Positions 1 to 11,027 are shown, counted from the stretch's first letter. The stretch: 64,000 nt of DNA from an uncultured Proteiniphilum sp. (GCA_964346415.1 CAYFUQ010000005.1:1720-65719), one strand, 5' to 3'. Numbers and translations: made by a program. The notes: generated from the sequence alone by a model not told the origin.

Positions 1-62
1 TATCGCTCTAATATTATAACGATTCAGACCGAGTTTTGTTTGAAAACTTAAAGTATATAGCC

Positions 63-113
63 AAAAAAACCGTTTAACGATAAAGCTTTTGCTCTTTACC
101 CTAAAACGGTTTT
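63..113 (-). terminator. Possible weak intrinsic terminator about 160 nt downstream of udk
   Basis: AAACCGTTT (67-75) is the reverse complement of AAACGGTTT (105-113). On the minus strand the 3' arm runs into a T-tract. The loop is long (about 27 nt), so this is weak. Confidence 0.25.
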
Positions 114-271
114 GCTATTTTCTTTCAATAAGTATCATAACTTTACATCCTTTCAAAAAGTTATAATGAAACAAGCTTTATCGCTTTTGTTTCGGATGCA
201 AATGTATTACAAAATATTGGTATTTGCAAGAGAATTGGCGCTTATTTGCAGCTAATAGCGGAAAATAAGAA

Positions 272-883
272 CTATTTCTGTATTTTTCCCGATATTGCTG
301 ACGAAATGAATTCGGCGGCTTTTTTGTTTAGTCCGCCTCCCATTACCAACATATCGGCACTGTCGCGCGAGGGCTTGATAAACTCTTCGTGCATGGGGCG
401 CACTGTTTTGTAGTATCGCTGTATTACTTCCTGGGCTGTTCTGCCCCGCGACTCCATGTCGCGCTCGATGATGCGCGAAAGTCGGTGGTCGGGTTCTACT
501 TCGAGGTAGATGCGCATGTCCATTTCGTTGCAAATTTCGGGCTGCGTGAGTATCAGAATGCCTTCGATAAGTAATATCTTGTTGGGCTTGACGGTTACTG
601 TTTCTTCCAGTCTCGAACAGGTGATGTAGGAGTAGGTGGGTGATTGTACGGTGTGACCGTTTTTGAGCTTTTGAATGTCACTCAGCATAAGCTCCCACTC
701 GATAGAGTCGGGGTGGTCGAAGTTGAGCGCTTTGCGTTGCTCTACCGGTAGGTGTGAGCTGTCTTTGTAGTACGCATCCTGAGTGAGCAGTGATATTTGG
801 TCGTAGGGAGCCATCTCCAGTATGGAGTTGACTAGTGTTGTTTTCCCGGAGCCGGAGCCGCCGGCAATTCCTATTGTAAACAT
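272..883 (-). CDS. udk: Uridine kinase
   Basis: 203 aa. N-terminal P-loop IGIAGGSGSGKTT followed by the Udk-typical YYKD...FDHPDS region. Confidence 0.9.
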   Translation of the reverse strand: MFTIGIAGGSGSGKTTLVNSILEMAPYDQISLLTQDAYYKDSSHLPVEQRKALNFDHPDSIEWELMLSDIQKLKNGHTVQSPTYSYITCSRLEETVTVKPNKILLIEGILILTQPEICNEMDMRIYLEVEPDHRLSRIIERDMESRGRTAQEVIQRYYKTVRPMHEEFIKPSRDSADMLVMGGGLNKKAAEFISSAISGKIQK

Positions 884-913
884 ATTGCGATTAGAAAAAG
901 ATTTTTGAGGTTT

Positions 914-1393
914 TTATTTATTGTCAAAGAGCAGGCTGAGGGAGGTGATGATGTCGGCATGCTTGAAGTTATCGCGAAGTATGACTAGCACTGTGTCGTT
1001 GCCGGCAATGGTGCCCATTACGCCTGCCAGATTGTTGGTATCTATGTCGCTGGCTATGCCTCGTGCATAACCGGCGGGAGTTTTGATGACGGCAAACTGT
1101 CCTGCAAATTCTATGTTGATGATGCCGTGCCTTGAGAAGGATGAGGTCATGCCGTAGCGTCCGGTGTCGGTCTGCGGCAGCCTGAAATCGGGCATGCGGT
1201 AGTAATATTTGCCAAAGGCATCGGGGGTTTTGGCCACCTTCATTTCTCGAAAGTCACGGGATAGGGTGGCTTGTGTAAGATTGAAACCCCGTTCCTGAAG
1301 TAAAAGCAAGAGGTCTTCCTGATTTTCGATTGACTCGGAAGTCAGGATTTCTTCAATTGCTTTTTGTCTCTTCTCTTTAGGCGTTTTGTTCAT
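914..1393 (-). CDS. argR: Arginine repressor ArgR
   Basis: 159 aa. Winged-helix N-terminus (RQKAIEEIL...QEDLLLLLQERGFNLTQATLSRDFREM) and a C-terminal oligomerisation/arginine-binding region (GTIAGNDTVLVI). Confidence 0.85.
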   Translation of the reverse strand: MNKTPKEKRQKAIEEILTSESIENQEDLLLLLQERGFNLTQATLSRDFREMKVAKTPDAFGKYYYRMPDFRLPQTDTGRYGMTSSFSRHGIINIEFAGQFAVIKTPAGYARGIASDIDTNNLAGVMGTIAGNDTVLVILRDNFKHADIITSLSLLFDNK

Positions 1394-1401
1394 TGCTACT
1401 T

Positions 1402-1989
1402 TTACTTTCCTCCAAATGAAAACTCAACGGGGATAGCGGCAGGTACTTTAACGAGGGTTCCGCCAACCATTAGCTTGGGCCAAAGTTTTACGCTTACCTT
1501 TGTTTTTTCGGACGAGAGTCCAAGGAATCCGCTCATCTCTTTTGATACTTTGTCGCGTGAGTATTGGTTCATCAGACTTTTGAGGTCAAGACCGATGGAG
1601 ATGGGCAAGACTGCGGTCTCTCCCGGCTCAACACGCAGTGGAACGTCGAGCTTGCCTTGCACAAATTCCATATCGTTGATTTGGATTGCGTAGTCGAGCG
1701 CATTGAGAAGTGCTGCTGCCTTGTTTGGGTTCTCAACATTTAGCTTTAGCGTCATGCTGAATGGAATGGTTTGAAGGCTGCCGCCTGTAAGTATGCTTGA
1801 TATGGCTGCAAAATTGGATAGCGACAGGGATGTGCCGCTGCCGAGATTAACTCCTGCCACCTGAATGTCGCTAATGTTGTTGTATTTATAATCGCATTGC
1901 ATCAGCTGATATGCTCCGCTAACCTGGTTGAGCAGTTCGCAGCTGGTAAATAAAAAGAACAGTGTTAAAATGGGTAATAACTTTTTCAT
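1402..1989 (-). CDS. Lipoprotein of unknown function, possibly LEA_2/NDR1-like beta-sandwich
   Basis: The track ORF runs to 2079. The internal ATG at 1989 gives MKKLLPILTLFFLFTSC, a lipoprotein signal with a lipobox Cys. NVENPN...INDMEF...VP..GET pattern resembles LEA type 2 domains; the function is an inference. Confidence 0.55.
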   Translation of the reverse strand: MKKLLPILTLFFLFTSCELLNQVSGAYQLMQCDYKYNNISDIQVAGVNLGSGTSLSLSNFAAISSILTGGSLQTIPFSMTLKLNVENPNKAAALLNALDYAIQINDMEFVQGKLDVPLRVEPGETAVLPISIGLDLKSLMNQYSRDKVSKEMSGFLGLSSEKTKVSVKLWPKLMVGGTLVKVPAAIPVEFSFGGK

Positions 1990-2012
1990 CTCTATTTTTT
2001 TATTTGTTTCTA

Positions 2013-3083
2013 TTACTTTATGGTTACCATTGTTGCTCCAAATCCATATTCTTTGAATGAGGCATCTTGATAGTAACATCCTTTATATTTGTTTTTTAAA
2101 TTCTTAATTAGTTCGCTTTTTAGGACGCCGTCCCCCTTACCATGAATAAAGACTATCTTATGTCCTTTGCGTTTAATATGTTCTTGCATTACTTCATGAA
2201 ACTTCTGCATCTGATAATCCAGAATCTCGGCATTGCCCATTCCCGCAGTGGTGTCAAGCAGCTGGTCTATGTGGAGATCTATTTCGGTGATTGCCGATTT
2301 TTCTTTCTTTACGATTCTCTTTTTGCGGGGTCTTGTTTCCTGCTCTTCTTTTTCGAGCATGGCACGCTGGATGTCTCCGGCCGAAACGAGCAGCTCTCTT
2401 TCGGGGATGTCGTTGCGGGTTATATAATATACGAGTGCGTTGTCTTCGAAGTAGTCGTTGTCGGTGAAGCTGTGCAGCTTGTAGAATTTAACTGTGTCGA
2501 TTCTGAGCTCAACGGAGGTTGGGTTTTTGAAGCTGTACTGTTTGTTGTGTTTGAAAGCGACGAACTGCACGCAAACCTGTTCAATATCGTTGAGCGATGA
2601 TTTGCTGAACTCTTCGATAAATATCTGTGTGTTTGGCTCAATGATGCCAGTGTATCTGCTGTTCCACGAGTTGTTCTCGCGATTCATATAGTTGATGAAG
2701 AGATAGTAGTTGCTGTCATTTACGAAATAGGCTTCGAATGATGTGCTTGATATGCTTTTTTCGTCAACAGGCAGAAATGCCAGACATGTTGTTATCTTTT
2801 CTCCTTCTGCTGTTTCTTCAGCTTTGCTCTGTTTGCTAATTTCTGATACGGAGATTGAGATGTTGTCTGTTGAGTCCTTCTCTTGTATGTTGACGGTTTC
2901 GTCCTGCTGTAGTCGTTCGTTTTCCGCTGATTCTATAACAACACATTCTGTAGCCAGAACGGGCACATCGAAGCCGTGCTCATCCTCTACAATTACAACC
3001 TGTTTGTTTATAAATCCTTTGACAGTACCGCCTCCCACACTGTTTAGAAAACGTATTTTGTCGCCCGTACGCAATTTTCTCAT
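2013..3083 (-). CDS. Smr-domain (MutS2 C-terminal-like nuclease) protein with a DUF2027-like N-terminal region
   Basis: 356 aa. The C-terminal approximately 80 aa (EIDLHI...KIVFIHGKGDGVLK...) match the Smr domain signature. Confidence 0.75.
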   Translation of the reverse strand: MRKLRTGDKIRFLNSVGGGTVKGFINKQVVIVEDEHGFDVPVLATECVVIESAENERLQQDETVNIQEKDSTDNISISVSEISKQSKAEETAEGEKITTCLAFLPVDEKSISSTSFEAYFVNDSNYYLFINYMNRENNSWNSRYTGIIEPNTQIFIEEFSKSSLNDIEQVCVQFVAFKHNKQYSFKNPTSVELRIDTVKFYKLHSFTDNDYFEDNALVYYITRNDIPERELLVSAGDIQRAMLEKEEQETRPRKKRIVKKEKSAITEIDLHIDQLLDTTAGMGNAEILDYQMQKFHEVMQEHIKRKGHKIVFIHGKGDGVLKSELIKNLKNKYKGCYYQDASFKEYGFGATMVTIK

Positions 3084-3281
3084 ATCTGTTTAATATTTCC
3101 GTTTGTTAGTTTTATTAATTGCAAAGTTGATGATTTTTGTTGGATTTGTTGTTGTAATGAGTGATAAATTACAAACTTTAATCTTAAAAAGAGTGTGATT
3201 AGTTGGACTGATTAGAGATTTCTTCATTAATTTTGCCGCGCATTTATTAGATGTTTCAATTCAATACAGGTATATTATATA

Positions 3282-4508
3282 ATGGATAAAGATAGTGCCA
3301 GGGGAATAAAAATCTCAGATTACAACTACGTTCTGCCGGATGAGAAAATAGCAAAATATCCGCTTGACAAACGCAGTGAGTCAAAATTGCTGCATTATAA
3401 AGATGGTGAGATTTCGTCATTTCGGTTTTATGAGATAGACAGATTGATTCCTGAAAATAGTTTGGTCATTTTTAATAACACCAAGGTGATTCATGCACGT
3501 CTTTTCTTTAGAAAACCAACAGGTGCGGTAATTGAGGTGTTTTGTCTTACTCCTCATTTGCCGAGAGAATATCAGCAAAACTTTGAGCAGCGAGAGCGAT
3601 GTGTGTGGAGTTGTATGGTGGGTAATGCCAAAAGATGGAGGGAGGATTCGCTTGATATGGAGTTTGATATTGACGGTGCGCCGGTTGTGCTAACTGCCCG
3701 AAAAGTAGAAAACTTGGGTGGTGAGTGGTTGGTTGAGTTTTCGTGGGATAATCATGATTATACTTTTTCGGAACTTCTTGAGGTGATTGGTAAGCTGCCA
3801 ATTCCTCCTTATCTTAACAGAGAGTCTGAGGAAAAGGATGATGAAACCTATCAAACTGTATATTCTGTGATTGAGGGTTCGGTGGCTGCACCTACTGCGG
3901 GCCTTCATTTTACGCCTGATACATTTGAGGCTTTGGAGAACAAAAATGTTAATACTGCTTATGTCACTCTGCATGTGGGTGCCGGTACTTTTCGCCCGGT
4001 GAAGTCTGAAAGCATGGCGGGGCATGATATGCATACGGAGTTTATAGCTCTGTCGCGCGATACTATTCAACAGATATATAGTAATAATAGTCCGCTGATA
4101 GTGGTGGGAACAACTTCGCTCAGAACGGTGGAGAGTTTGTATTATATAGGTGTGAAGATAATAAATAATCCTGACGTTGATGTCGAGGATCTGGGTGTGA
4201 GTCAATGGGAGCCTTATGAGGTTGATTGTGAGATAGAACCAAGGGAGTCGCTGAAGGCTGTTTTGGACTATATGGACAGGCGGGGAATGTCTCAGCTTGT
4301 TGCTGAAACCAAGGTGATAATTGTGCCGGGATATAAGTTTCATTTTCCACAGGCAATTATCACAAATTTTCATCAGCCTGAAAGCACTTTGCTACTTTTG
4401 ATTGCTGCTTTTGCAGGGTCTGACTGGAGCAGAATTTACGACTACGCCCTAAGTGAAGATTACAGATTTTTGAGCTACGGAGACAGCTCGATGATTTGGA
4501 TGAGATAG
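3282..4508 (+). CDS. queA: S-adenosylmethionine:tRNA ribosyltransferase-isomerase
   Basis: 408 aa. Conserved QueA blocks: DYNYVLPDEKIAKYP, NNTKVIHARL, PIPPYL, ETYQTVY, APTAGLHFT, TLHVGAGTFRPV, GTTSLRT, ITNFHQPESTLL, YRFLSYGDS. Confidence 0.9.
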   Translation: MDKDSARGIKISDYNYVLPDEKIAKYPLDKRSESKLLHYKDGEISSFRFYEIDRLIPENSLVIFNNTKVIHARLFFRKPTGAVIEVFCLTPHLPREYQQNFEQRERCVWSCMVGNAKRWREDSLDMEFDIDGAPVVLTARKVENLGGEWLVEFSWDNHDYTFSELLEVIGKLPIPPYLNRESEEKDDETYQTVYSVIEGSVAAPTAGLHFTPDTFEALENKNVNTAYVTLHVGAGTFRPVKSESMAGHDMHTEFIALSRDTIQQIYSNNSPLIVVGTTSLRTVESLYYIGVKIINNPDVDVEDLGVSQWEPYEVDCEIEPRESLKAVLDYMDRRGMSQLVAETKVIIVPGYKFHFPQAIITNFHQPESTLLLLIAAFAGSDWSRIYDYALSEDYRFLSYGDSSMIWMR

Positions 4509-4580
4509 AAGTTAACTTATTCACTTCCAATTAACACAATTTTTGCTGAAGCTTAATTTGTTTCGAAAAAAGAGTGGTAT

Positions 4581-4614
4581 TTCTTGCATATGTAGTTGAT
4601 TCTTTGTAATTTTG
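4581..4614 (+). promoter_or_regulatory. Candidate Bacteroidetes-type promoter for the rpsL operon
   Basis: TAatTTTG at 4607-4614 matches the Bacteroides -7 consensus TAnnTTTG. A TTG ends at 4586, 20 nt upstream, in the -33 position. The motif lies about 130 nt upstream of the rpsL ATG. Confidence 0.35.
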
Positions 4615-4745
4615 TGCCGTTTTTAACTCCAAATATGGGGTCTTTTGAAGCAAGTAGACTGATTGTGAGAGATTTATGATTGTGTCTATAGCGTGGTAAG
4701 AAGTATAAAAATTCAATTAAATAAAAGTTTAAAAGAAAGTAGAAA

Positions 4746-5126
4746 ATGCCTACAATTCAACAATTAGTAAGAAATGGCCGCACGGTAATTAAGGAGAAGA
4801 GTAAATCTCGTGCTCTCGATTCATGTCCTCAGAGACGTGGCGTTTGCGTTAGAGTTTACACTACAACTCCTAAAAAACCAAACTCTGCTATGAGGAAAGT
4901 GGCTCGTGTGCGTTTAACAAACGGAAAAGAAGTGAATGCTTATATTCCGGGAGAAGGACACAACCTGCAGGAGCACTCTATAGTGTTGGTGCGTGGTGGT
5001 CGTGTTAAAGACCTTCCGGGTGTACGTTATCACGTTGTTCGTGGTGCTTTGGATACGGCTGGTGTTGCAAATCGCTCACAAAGACGTTCTAAGTACGGTG
5101 CTAAACGTCCTAAAGCTAAGAAGTAA
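4746..5126 (+). CDS. rpsL: 30S ribosomal protein S12
   Basis: MPTIQQLVR..., [16 protein letters not shown] and [15 protein letters not shown] are invariant uS12 blocks. Confidence 0.98.
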   Translation: MPTIQQLVRNGRTVIKEKSKSRALDSCPQRRGVCVRVYTTTPKKPNSAMRKVARVRLTNGKEVNAYIPGEGHNLQEHSIVLVRGGRVKDLPGVRYHVVRGALDTAGVANRSQRRSKYGAKRPKAKK

Positions 5127-5288
5127 ATCACTTCTGAGAATTGCCCTTGAGCAATAAAAGAATTATTAATTTAAAAATCGCTGTTGAAATTTTTGGGAAG
5201 AGCTGATATATGGGTTGAGTAAATGATTCGGTGGAATCGTTGAAGACAAATAACTGGCAACCAAACACAACACAAATTATTAAAAACA

Positions 5289-5765
5289 ATGAGAAAAGCA
5301 AAACCTAAAAAAAGACAGGTTTTACCCGATCCTGTTTATGGTGATGTAAGGGTTACAAAATTCGTTAACCACCTTATGTATGACGGAAAGAAAAGCTTGT
5401 CATATGACATTTTCTATTCTGCATTAGAGTTAGTAAAAGCTAAACTGGCAGACGACGAGAAGTCGGCTTTGGAAATCTGGAAGGCCGCACTAGATAATAT
5501 TACTCCTCAGGTTGAAGTGAAGTCACGCCGTGTAGGCGGAGCTACATTTCAAGTTCCTACTGAAATTCGCCCCGAAAGAAAAGAATCAGTTTCAATGAAA
5601 AACCTTATTCTTTATGCAAGAAGAAGAGGTGGAAGAAGCATGTCAGATAAACTGGCGGCTGAAATAGTTGATGCTTACAATGGTCAGGGAGGCGCATTTA
5701 AACGTAAAGAAGATATGCATAGAATGGCAGAAGCTAACAGAGCATTTGCACATTTTAGGTTTTAA
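5289..5765 (+). CDS. rpsG: 30S ribosomal protein S7
   Basis: 158 aa. [21 protein letters not shown] start and synteny after rpsL. Confidence 0.97.
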   Translation: MRKAKPKKRQVLPDPVYGDVRVTKFVNHLMYDGKKSLSYDIFYSALELVKAKLADDEKSALEIWKAALDNITPQVEVKSRRVGGATFQVPTEIRPERKESVSMKNLILYARRRGGRSMSDKLAAEIVDAYNGQGGAFKRKEDMHRMAEANRAFAHFRF

Positions 5766-5786
5766 TATATCACAGCAATAAAAGAA

Positions 5787-7916
5787 ATGGCAAAGACAAA
5801 TAAAGATTTATTAAAGTTTACTAGAAACATTGGTATTATGGCGCATATCGACGCCGGGAAAACCACCACATCAGAGCGTATTCTGTTTTATACAGGATTG
5901 ACTCACAAGATTGGTGAAACCCACGACGGTACTGCAACCATGGACTGGATGGAGCAGGAGCAGGAAAGAGGTATTACTATCTCATCGGCTGCAACTACTG
6001 CCAACTGGAAATATAACGACAATATTTATAAATTAAACTTGATTGACACTCCCGGACACGTTGACTTTACTGTAGAGGTAGAGCGTTCGTTGCGTATTCT
6101 GGATGGTGCCGTGGCTACGTTTTGTGCTGTGGGTGGTGTAGAACCACAATCTGAAACCGTATGGCGTCAGGCAGATAAGTATAAGGTGCCTCGTATCGGT
6201 TATGTTAATAAGATGGACCGCTCAGGTGCCAACTTCTATCAGGTTGTCACCCAATTGAAGGAAGTGCTTGGTGCAAACGCTGTACCTATTCAGATTCCAA
6301 TCGGAGCTGAAGAGAACTTTGTTGGTGTTGTCGATCTGATTACAATGAAAGCCTACTATTGGCATGATGAAACTATGGGTGCGGACTATCACACTGAGGA
6401 TATTCCTGCAGAATTAGTTGACGAAGCTAATGAGTGGCGTGAGAAAATGCTTGAGTCAATCGCTGAGGTTGATGACAAGCTGATGGAGAAATTCTTTGAC
6501 GATCCTTCAACTATCACTGAAGATGAGATTCGTGCTGCTATCCGCAAAGGAACAATCAGCATGGAGATGAATCCGGTTGTGTGTGGTTCGTCATTTAAAA
6601 ATAAAGGTGTGCAGCCATTGTTGAATGACGTTTGTGCATACCTGCCAAGCCCGCTTGATTCGGATGCTATCGAAGGTACTAATCCTGATAATCCGGAAGA
6701 GGTGGTTAGAAGAAACCCGGATCCGGAAGAGCCGATGAGTGCTCTTGCATTTAAAATCGCAACTGACCCTTACGTGGGAAGACTTTGTTTCTTCCGTGTG
6801 TATTCAGGAGAGATTGAAGCAGGATCGTATATCTTCAATCCACGTTCAGGAAAGAGAGAGAGAATTTCTCGCCTGTTCCAGATGCACTCTAACAAGCAAA
6901 ACCCAAAAGACTTTATCGGAACCGGTGATATCGGTGCCGGTGTGGGATTTAAAGATATCAGAACCGGTGATACACTGTGTGATGAGAAACATCAGATCGT
7001 TCTTGAGTCAATGGACTTCCCTGCTCCGGTTATCGGAATTGCGGTTGAGCCAAAAACTCAGAAAGACCTTGATAAATTGTCAAATGGTCTTGCTAAACTA
7101 GCAGAGGAGGATCCAACCTTTACTGTGAAAATGGACGAAGAAACAGGACAGACTGTTATTTCAGGTATGGGTGAACTTCACCTTGAGGTTATTATCGACC
7201 GTCTGAGACGTGAGTTTAAGGTTGAATGTAACCAGGGACGTCCTCAGGTGTCTTACAAGGAGGCAATCACTAAACCGGTTGAACTGCGTGAAGTTTACAA
7301 AAAACAATCTGGTGGTCGTGGTAAGTTTGCTGATATCATCGTGCGTGTTGAACCTGCTGACAAAGACTTCGAAGGTGAATTGCAATTTATTGACGAGGTT
7401 AAGGGTGGTAACATTCCAAGAGAATATATCCCATCTGTACAGAAAGGTTTCCAGCGTGCAATGCAAAATGGTGTGTTGGCAGGATATGCTCTGGATCAGT
7501 TGAAGGTTACTTTGATTGATGGTTCGTATCACGCTGTTGACTCTGACCAGCTATCATTTGAGATTTGTGCTATGCAGGCTTTCAAGACTGCTTGTGAGCA
7601 GGCAGGTCCGGTTCTTATGGAGCCAATAATGAAAGTTGAGGTTGTAACCCCTGAAGAAAGCATGGGTGATGTTATCTCTGACTTAAACAAACGTCGTGGA
7701 GTTATAGAAGGTATGGAGTCTAATCAGTCGGGAGCAAGAATAGTTAAGGCTATGACTCCGCTGGCAGAAATGTTTGGTTATGTAACCTCGCTGCGTACCA
7801 TTACTTCGGGTAGAGCTACATCTACTATGGCGTTCGATCACTTTGAAGTGGTTTCTTCTTCAATTGCTAAGGCTGTTCTGGAAGAGGTACAGGGTCGTGT
7901 TGATTTGATAAAATAA
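5787..7916 (+). CDS. fusA: Elongation factor G
   Basis: 709 aa. GTPase motifs [21 protein letters not shown]. Synteny rpsL-rpsG-fusA. Confidence 0.98.
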   Translation: MAKTNKDLLKFTRNIGIMAHIDAGKTTTSERILFYTGLTHKIGETHDGTATMDWMEQEQERGITISSAATTANWKYNDNIYKLNLIDTPGHVDFTVEVERSLRILDGAVATFCAVGGVEPQSETVWRQADKYKVPRIGYVNKMDRSGANFYQVVTQLKEVLGANAVPIQIPIGAEENFVGVVDLITMKAYYWHDETMGADYHTEDIPAELVDEANEWREKMLESIAEVDDKLMEKFFDDPSTITEDEIRAAIRKGTISMEMNPVVCGSSFKNKGVQPLLNDVCAYLPSPLDSDAIEGTNPDNPEEVVRRNPDPEEPMSALAFKIATDPYVGRLCFFRVYSGEIEAGSYIFNPRSGKRERISRLFQMHSNKQNPKDFIGTGDIGAGVGFKDIRTGDTLCDEKHQIVLESMDFPAPVIGIAVEPKTQKDLDKLSNGLAKLAEEDPTFTVKMDEETGQTVISGMGELHLEVIIDRLRREFKVECNQGRPQVSYKEAITKPVELREVYKKQSGGRGKFADIIVRVEPADKDFEGELQFIDEVKGGNIPREYIPSVQKGFQRAMQNGVLAGYALDQLKVTLIDGSYHAVDSDQLSFEICAMQAFKTACEQAGPVLMEPIMKVEVVTPEESMGDVISDLNKRRGVIEGMESNQSGARIVKAMTPLAEMFGYVTSLRTITSGRATSTMAFDHFEVVSSSIAKAVLEEVQGRVDLIK

Positions 7917-7935
7917 TTTATATTTACAGAATAAA

Positions 7936-8241
7936 ATGAGCCAAAAAATCAGAATTAAACTGAAATCTTACGATTACAACCTGGTTGATAAATCAGCTGA
8001 GAAAATCGTAAAAACCGTAAAAGCTACAGGTGCAGTTGTAAGCGGACCAATTCCTCTGCCAACTCACAAACGTATCTTCACTGTAAACCGCTCAACTTTC
8101 GTGAACAAAAAATCACGTGAGCAATTCGAACTTTCGTCTTTTAAGCGTTTGATCGATATTTACAGTTCAACAGCAAAAACTGTTGATGCTTTGATGAAAC
8201 TTGAGCTTCCAAGCGGTGTTGAAGTAGAAATCAAAGTGTAA
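7936..8241 (+). CDS. rpsJ: 30S ribosomal protein S10
   Basis: 101 aa. [13 protein letters not shown] start, typical uS10. The gene precedes rplC. Confidence 0.97.
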   Translation: MSQKIRIKLKSYDYNLVDKSAEKIVKTVKATGAVVSGPIPLPTHKRIFTVNRSTFVNKKSREQFELSSFKRLIDIYSSTAKTVDALMKLELPSGVEVEIKV

Positions 8242-8300
8242 GTTTCCGACTTTTTAAATCGGATTCTTAAGCATTAGATAAAATAAATATTATTCATTAG

Positions 8301-8332
8301 TCTCTTGGATCCCCTCTTGGGGATTTAAGAGA
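8301..8332 (+). promoter_or_regulatory. Strong RNA hairpin in the rpsJ-rplC spacer, function unknown
   Basis: UCUCUUGGAUCCCC (8301-8314), loop UCUU, GGGGAUUUAAGAGA (8319-8332). This gives 14 contiguous pairs including two G-U. There is no U-tract after it, and it ends 21 nt before the rplC ATG. Confidence 0.4.
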
Positions 8333-8352
8333 ATATTTAAACAAAAAGAGAA

Positions 8353-8967
8353 ATGCCAGGATTAATTGGAAAAAAAATTGGAATGACATCCGTTTTCAGT
8401 GCCGAGGGAAAAAATATTCCATGCACTGTTATCGAAGTAGGTCCTTGCGTTGTTACTCAGGTTAAAACCGTTGAAACTGACGGTTATGATGCTGTTCAGG
8501 TTGGATTTGTTGAGAAAAAAGACAAGCATACCAATAAAGCTGAAAAAGGTCATTTTGAAAAAGCAGGAGTAGCACCAAAGAGACACTTGGCCGAGTTCAA
8601 GGAATTTGAAAATGAGTACAAAGCCGGTGAGGAAATTACCGTAGAGCTCTTTAATGATGCTGTATGGGTAGACGTTACCGGAATTTCAAAAGGTAAAGGA
8701 TTTCAGGGTGTTGTGAAACGCCACGGATTTGCCGGTACATCAAGAACACACGGTCAGAAGCACGTGCTTCGCTCTCCGGGTGGTATAAGTGCTGCATCTT
8801 ATCCTGCTAAAGTCTTTAAAGGAAAGAAAATGGCAGGACAAATGGGTAACAAACAAATTACTGTACAGAATTTGGAAGTTGTAAAGATTATCCCAGAGCA
8901 TAACCTGTTATTGGTTAAGGGCTCTATTCCGGGAAGTAAAGGTTCAATTGTAACAATAGAAAAATAA
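8353..8967 (+). CDS. rplC: 50S ribosomal protein L3
   Basis: [15 protein letters not shown] start. 204 aa. S10-cluster order. Confidence 0.97.
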   Translation: MPGLIGKKIGMTSVFSAEGKNIPCTVIEVGPCVVTQVKTVETDGYDAVQVGFVEKKDKHTNKAEKGHFEKAGVAPKRHLAEFKEFENEYKAGEEITVELFNDAVWVDVTGISKGKGFQGVVKRHGFAGTSRTHGQKHVLRSPGGISAASYPAKVFKGKKMAGQMGNKQITVQNLEVVKIIPEHNLLLVKGSIPGSKGSIVTIEK

Positions 8968-8968
8968 A

Positions 8969-9598
8969 ATGGAATTAAATATTTACAATATAAACGGAGA
9001 GGTAACAGATAAAAAGATAACACTCAACGACTCCATTTTCGGAATTGAGCCTAACGAACATGTTATCTGGTTAGATGTTAAGCAATACCTTGCTAATCAG
9101 CGTCAGGGTACGCATAAAACAAAGGAGAGAGGCGAAGTTAAAGGTAGTACCCGCAAACTGTTTCGCCAGAAAGGTACAGGTGGTGCACGTAGAGGAGATA
9201 TCAAATCACCGGTAATGGTTGGTGGTGGTGTTATCTTTGGCCCCAAACCACGTGATTACAGTTTCAAACTGAATAAAAAGGTTAAGGCATTAGCACGTCG
9301 TTCGGCTCTTTCGCTAAAGGCAAAGAACAATCAAATTACGATTGTTGAAGATTTTAGCTTTGACCAGCCTAAAACCAAGAGTTTTGTAGAGTTGACAAAA
9401 AACCTGCAACTTGCTGATAAAAAGCTACTTTTAGTTTTGCCAAGTCAAAATAAAAACGTATATTTGTCGGCTCGAAATTTGGAAAGAGTTGAAATTATAA
9501 CTGCTTCAGATATAAATACTTACAAGGTGATGAACGGTGGGAATATTGTACTCACTGAGTCATCTGTTGCAGTAATTGATAACTTACTTAAAGCATAA
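8969..9598 (+). CDS. rplD: 50S ribosomal protein L4
   Basis: 209 aa. [14 protein letters not shown] motif. Follows rplC by 1 nt. Confidence 0.96.
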   Translation: MELNIYNINGEVTDKKITLNDSIFGIEPNEHVIWLDVKQYLANQRQGTHKTKERGEVKGSTRKLFRQKGTGGARRGDIKSPVMVGGGVIFGPKPRDYSFKLNKKVKALARRSALSLKAKNNQITIVEDFSFDQPKTKSFVELTKNLQLADKKLLLVLPSQNKNVYLSARNLERVEIITASDINTYKVMNGGNIVLTESSVAVIDNLLKA

Positions 9599-9609
9599 GG
9601 AGAATAGCA

Positions 9610-9903
9610 ATGGGAGTAATTATAAAACCAATTTTTACAGAAAAGCAAACCGACATTACCGATAAATTCGAGAATCGTTACGGTTTCATCGTTGCGCCTC
9701 ATGCAAATAAAGTAGAAATCAAAAACGAAATTGAGGCACTTTACAACGTTAATGTTGAACGTGTGAATACAATAAAATATGATGGTAAATTGAAAAGTCG
9801 TTACACCAAGTCAGGTGTTGTGTCAGGACGTACGCCATCATTTAAGAAAGCAATAGTAACCTTGAAAGAAGGTGAAACAATTGATTTATTTAGCAATATA
9901 TAA
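9610..9903 (+). CDS. rplW: 50S ribosomal protein L23
   Basis: 97 aa. IIKPIFTEK start. Lies between rplD and rplB. Confidence 0.95.
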   Translation: MGVIIKPIFTEKQTDITDKFENRYGFIVAPHANKVEIKNEIEALYNVNVERVNTIKYDGKLKSRYTKSGVVSGRTPSFKKAIVTLKEGETIDLFSNI

Positions 9904-9909
9904 TTAAAA

Positions 9910-10737
9910 ATGGCTATACGTAAACTTAAGCCCACTTCACCGGGGCAAAGACACAGGATTATCGGTACTTTTGAAAATATCACTGCAAAAGCACCGGAAA
10001 AATCACTTGTAGTTGGTAAGTCAACCACAGGAGGTAGAAACCACCGTGGTAAAATGACTGTCAGAAATGTAGGTGGCGGACATAAAAGACGTTTTAGATT
10101 TATCGATTTCAAGAGAACTAAAGATGGTGTTCCAGCAGTTGTAAAGAGTATAGAATATGATCCAAACCGCTCAGCTAATATCGCTCTGCTTTATTATGCT
10201 GATGGTGAGAAAACTTATATTCTGGCTCCTAATGGACTGAAAGTTGGAACCACAGTGATGTCGGGAGCTGATGCTGCTCCCGAAGTTGGAAATGCACTGC
10301 CGTTGGCAATGATTCCACTAGGAACAATTATTCATAACATTGAATTGCGTCCCGGACAAGGTGCCAAGATGGTACGTTCGGCAGGAACATTCGCTCAATT
10401 GGTTTCTCGTGAGGAGAAATATGCAATTGTGAAAATGCCATCGGGCGAAGTGAGAAAAATCCTCGCCACATGCAAAGCAACTATAGGAAGTGTTGGTAAC
10501 TCAGAGCACTCTTTGTTACAATCAGGTAAGGCCGGTCGTTCAAGATGGCTTGGACGTCGTCCTCATGTTAGAGGTGTTGTTAAAAACCCTGTTGATCACC
10601 CAATGGGTGGTGGGGAAGGTAAAGCATCCGGAGGTCATCCAAGATCACCACAGGGGTTATACTCTAAAGGTCTTAAGACCAGAGCACCGAAAAAACATTC
10701 TTCTAAGTACATTGTAGAAAGAAGAAAGAAAAAGTAA
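9910..10737 (+). CDS. rplB: 50S ribosomal protein L2
   Basis: 275 aa. [14 protein letters not shown] start, GGGHKR, and [18 protein letters not shown] motif. Confidence 0.98.
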   Translation: MAIRKLKPTSPGQRHRIIGTFENITAKAPEKSLVVGKSTTGGRNHRGKMTVRNVGGGHKRRFRFIDFKRTKDGVPAVVKSIEYDPNRSANIALLYYADGEKTYILAPNGLKVGTTVMSGADAAPEVGNALPLAMIPLGTIIHNIELRPGQGAKMVRSAGTFAQLVSREEKYAIVKMPSGEVRKILATCKATIGSVGNSEHSLLQSGKAGRSRWLGRRPHVRGVVKNPVDHPMGGGEGKASGGHPRSPQGLYSKGLKTRAPKKHSSKYIVERRKKK

Positions 10738-10757
10738 TCTGATTAACAATTAAAACT

Positions 10758-11027
10758 ATGAGTAGGTCATTAAAAAAAGGTCCATATATCAACTTGAAAT
10801 TAGAGCGAAAAGTGCTTGCCATGAATGAAGGTGGTAAGAAAACTGTAATCAAAACGTGGGCACGCGGCTCTATGATTTCCCCTGATTTTGTTGGTCACAC
10901 AATAGCTGTGCATAACGGTAATAAGTTTATACCTGTTTATATCACTGAGAATATGGTAGGTCACAAGTTGGGCGAGTTTGCTCTGACACGTACTTTCCGT
11001 AGTCACGCAGGTGGTAAAAAGAGATAA
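10758..11027 (+). CDS. rpsS: 30S ribosomal protein S19
   Basis: 89 aa. [11 protein letters not shown] start, [23 protein letters not shown]. Confidence 0.98.
   Translation: MSRSLKKGPYINLKLERKVLAMNEGGKKTVIKTWARGSMISPDFVGHTIAVHNGNKFIPVYITENMVGHKLGEFALTRTFRSHAGGKKR

Noticed and set aside
914-1393. ArgR gene as a marker of an arginine regulon or operon here
   Set aside because: No arg biosynthetic or catabolic genes are adjacent, and I could not recognise an ARG-box pair by eye. It is simply a housekeeping regulator in a mixed operon.
3690-4373. 227-aa ORF antisense to queA
   Set aside because: It lies entirely inside a well-supported conserved gene on the other strand. The translation is low-complexity (His/Arg/Ile/Leu-rich) with no motif. 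It is typical of shadow ORFs in AT-rich DNA.
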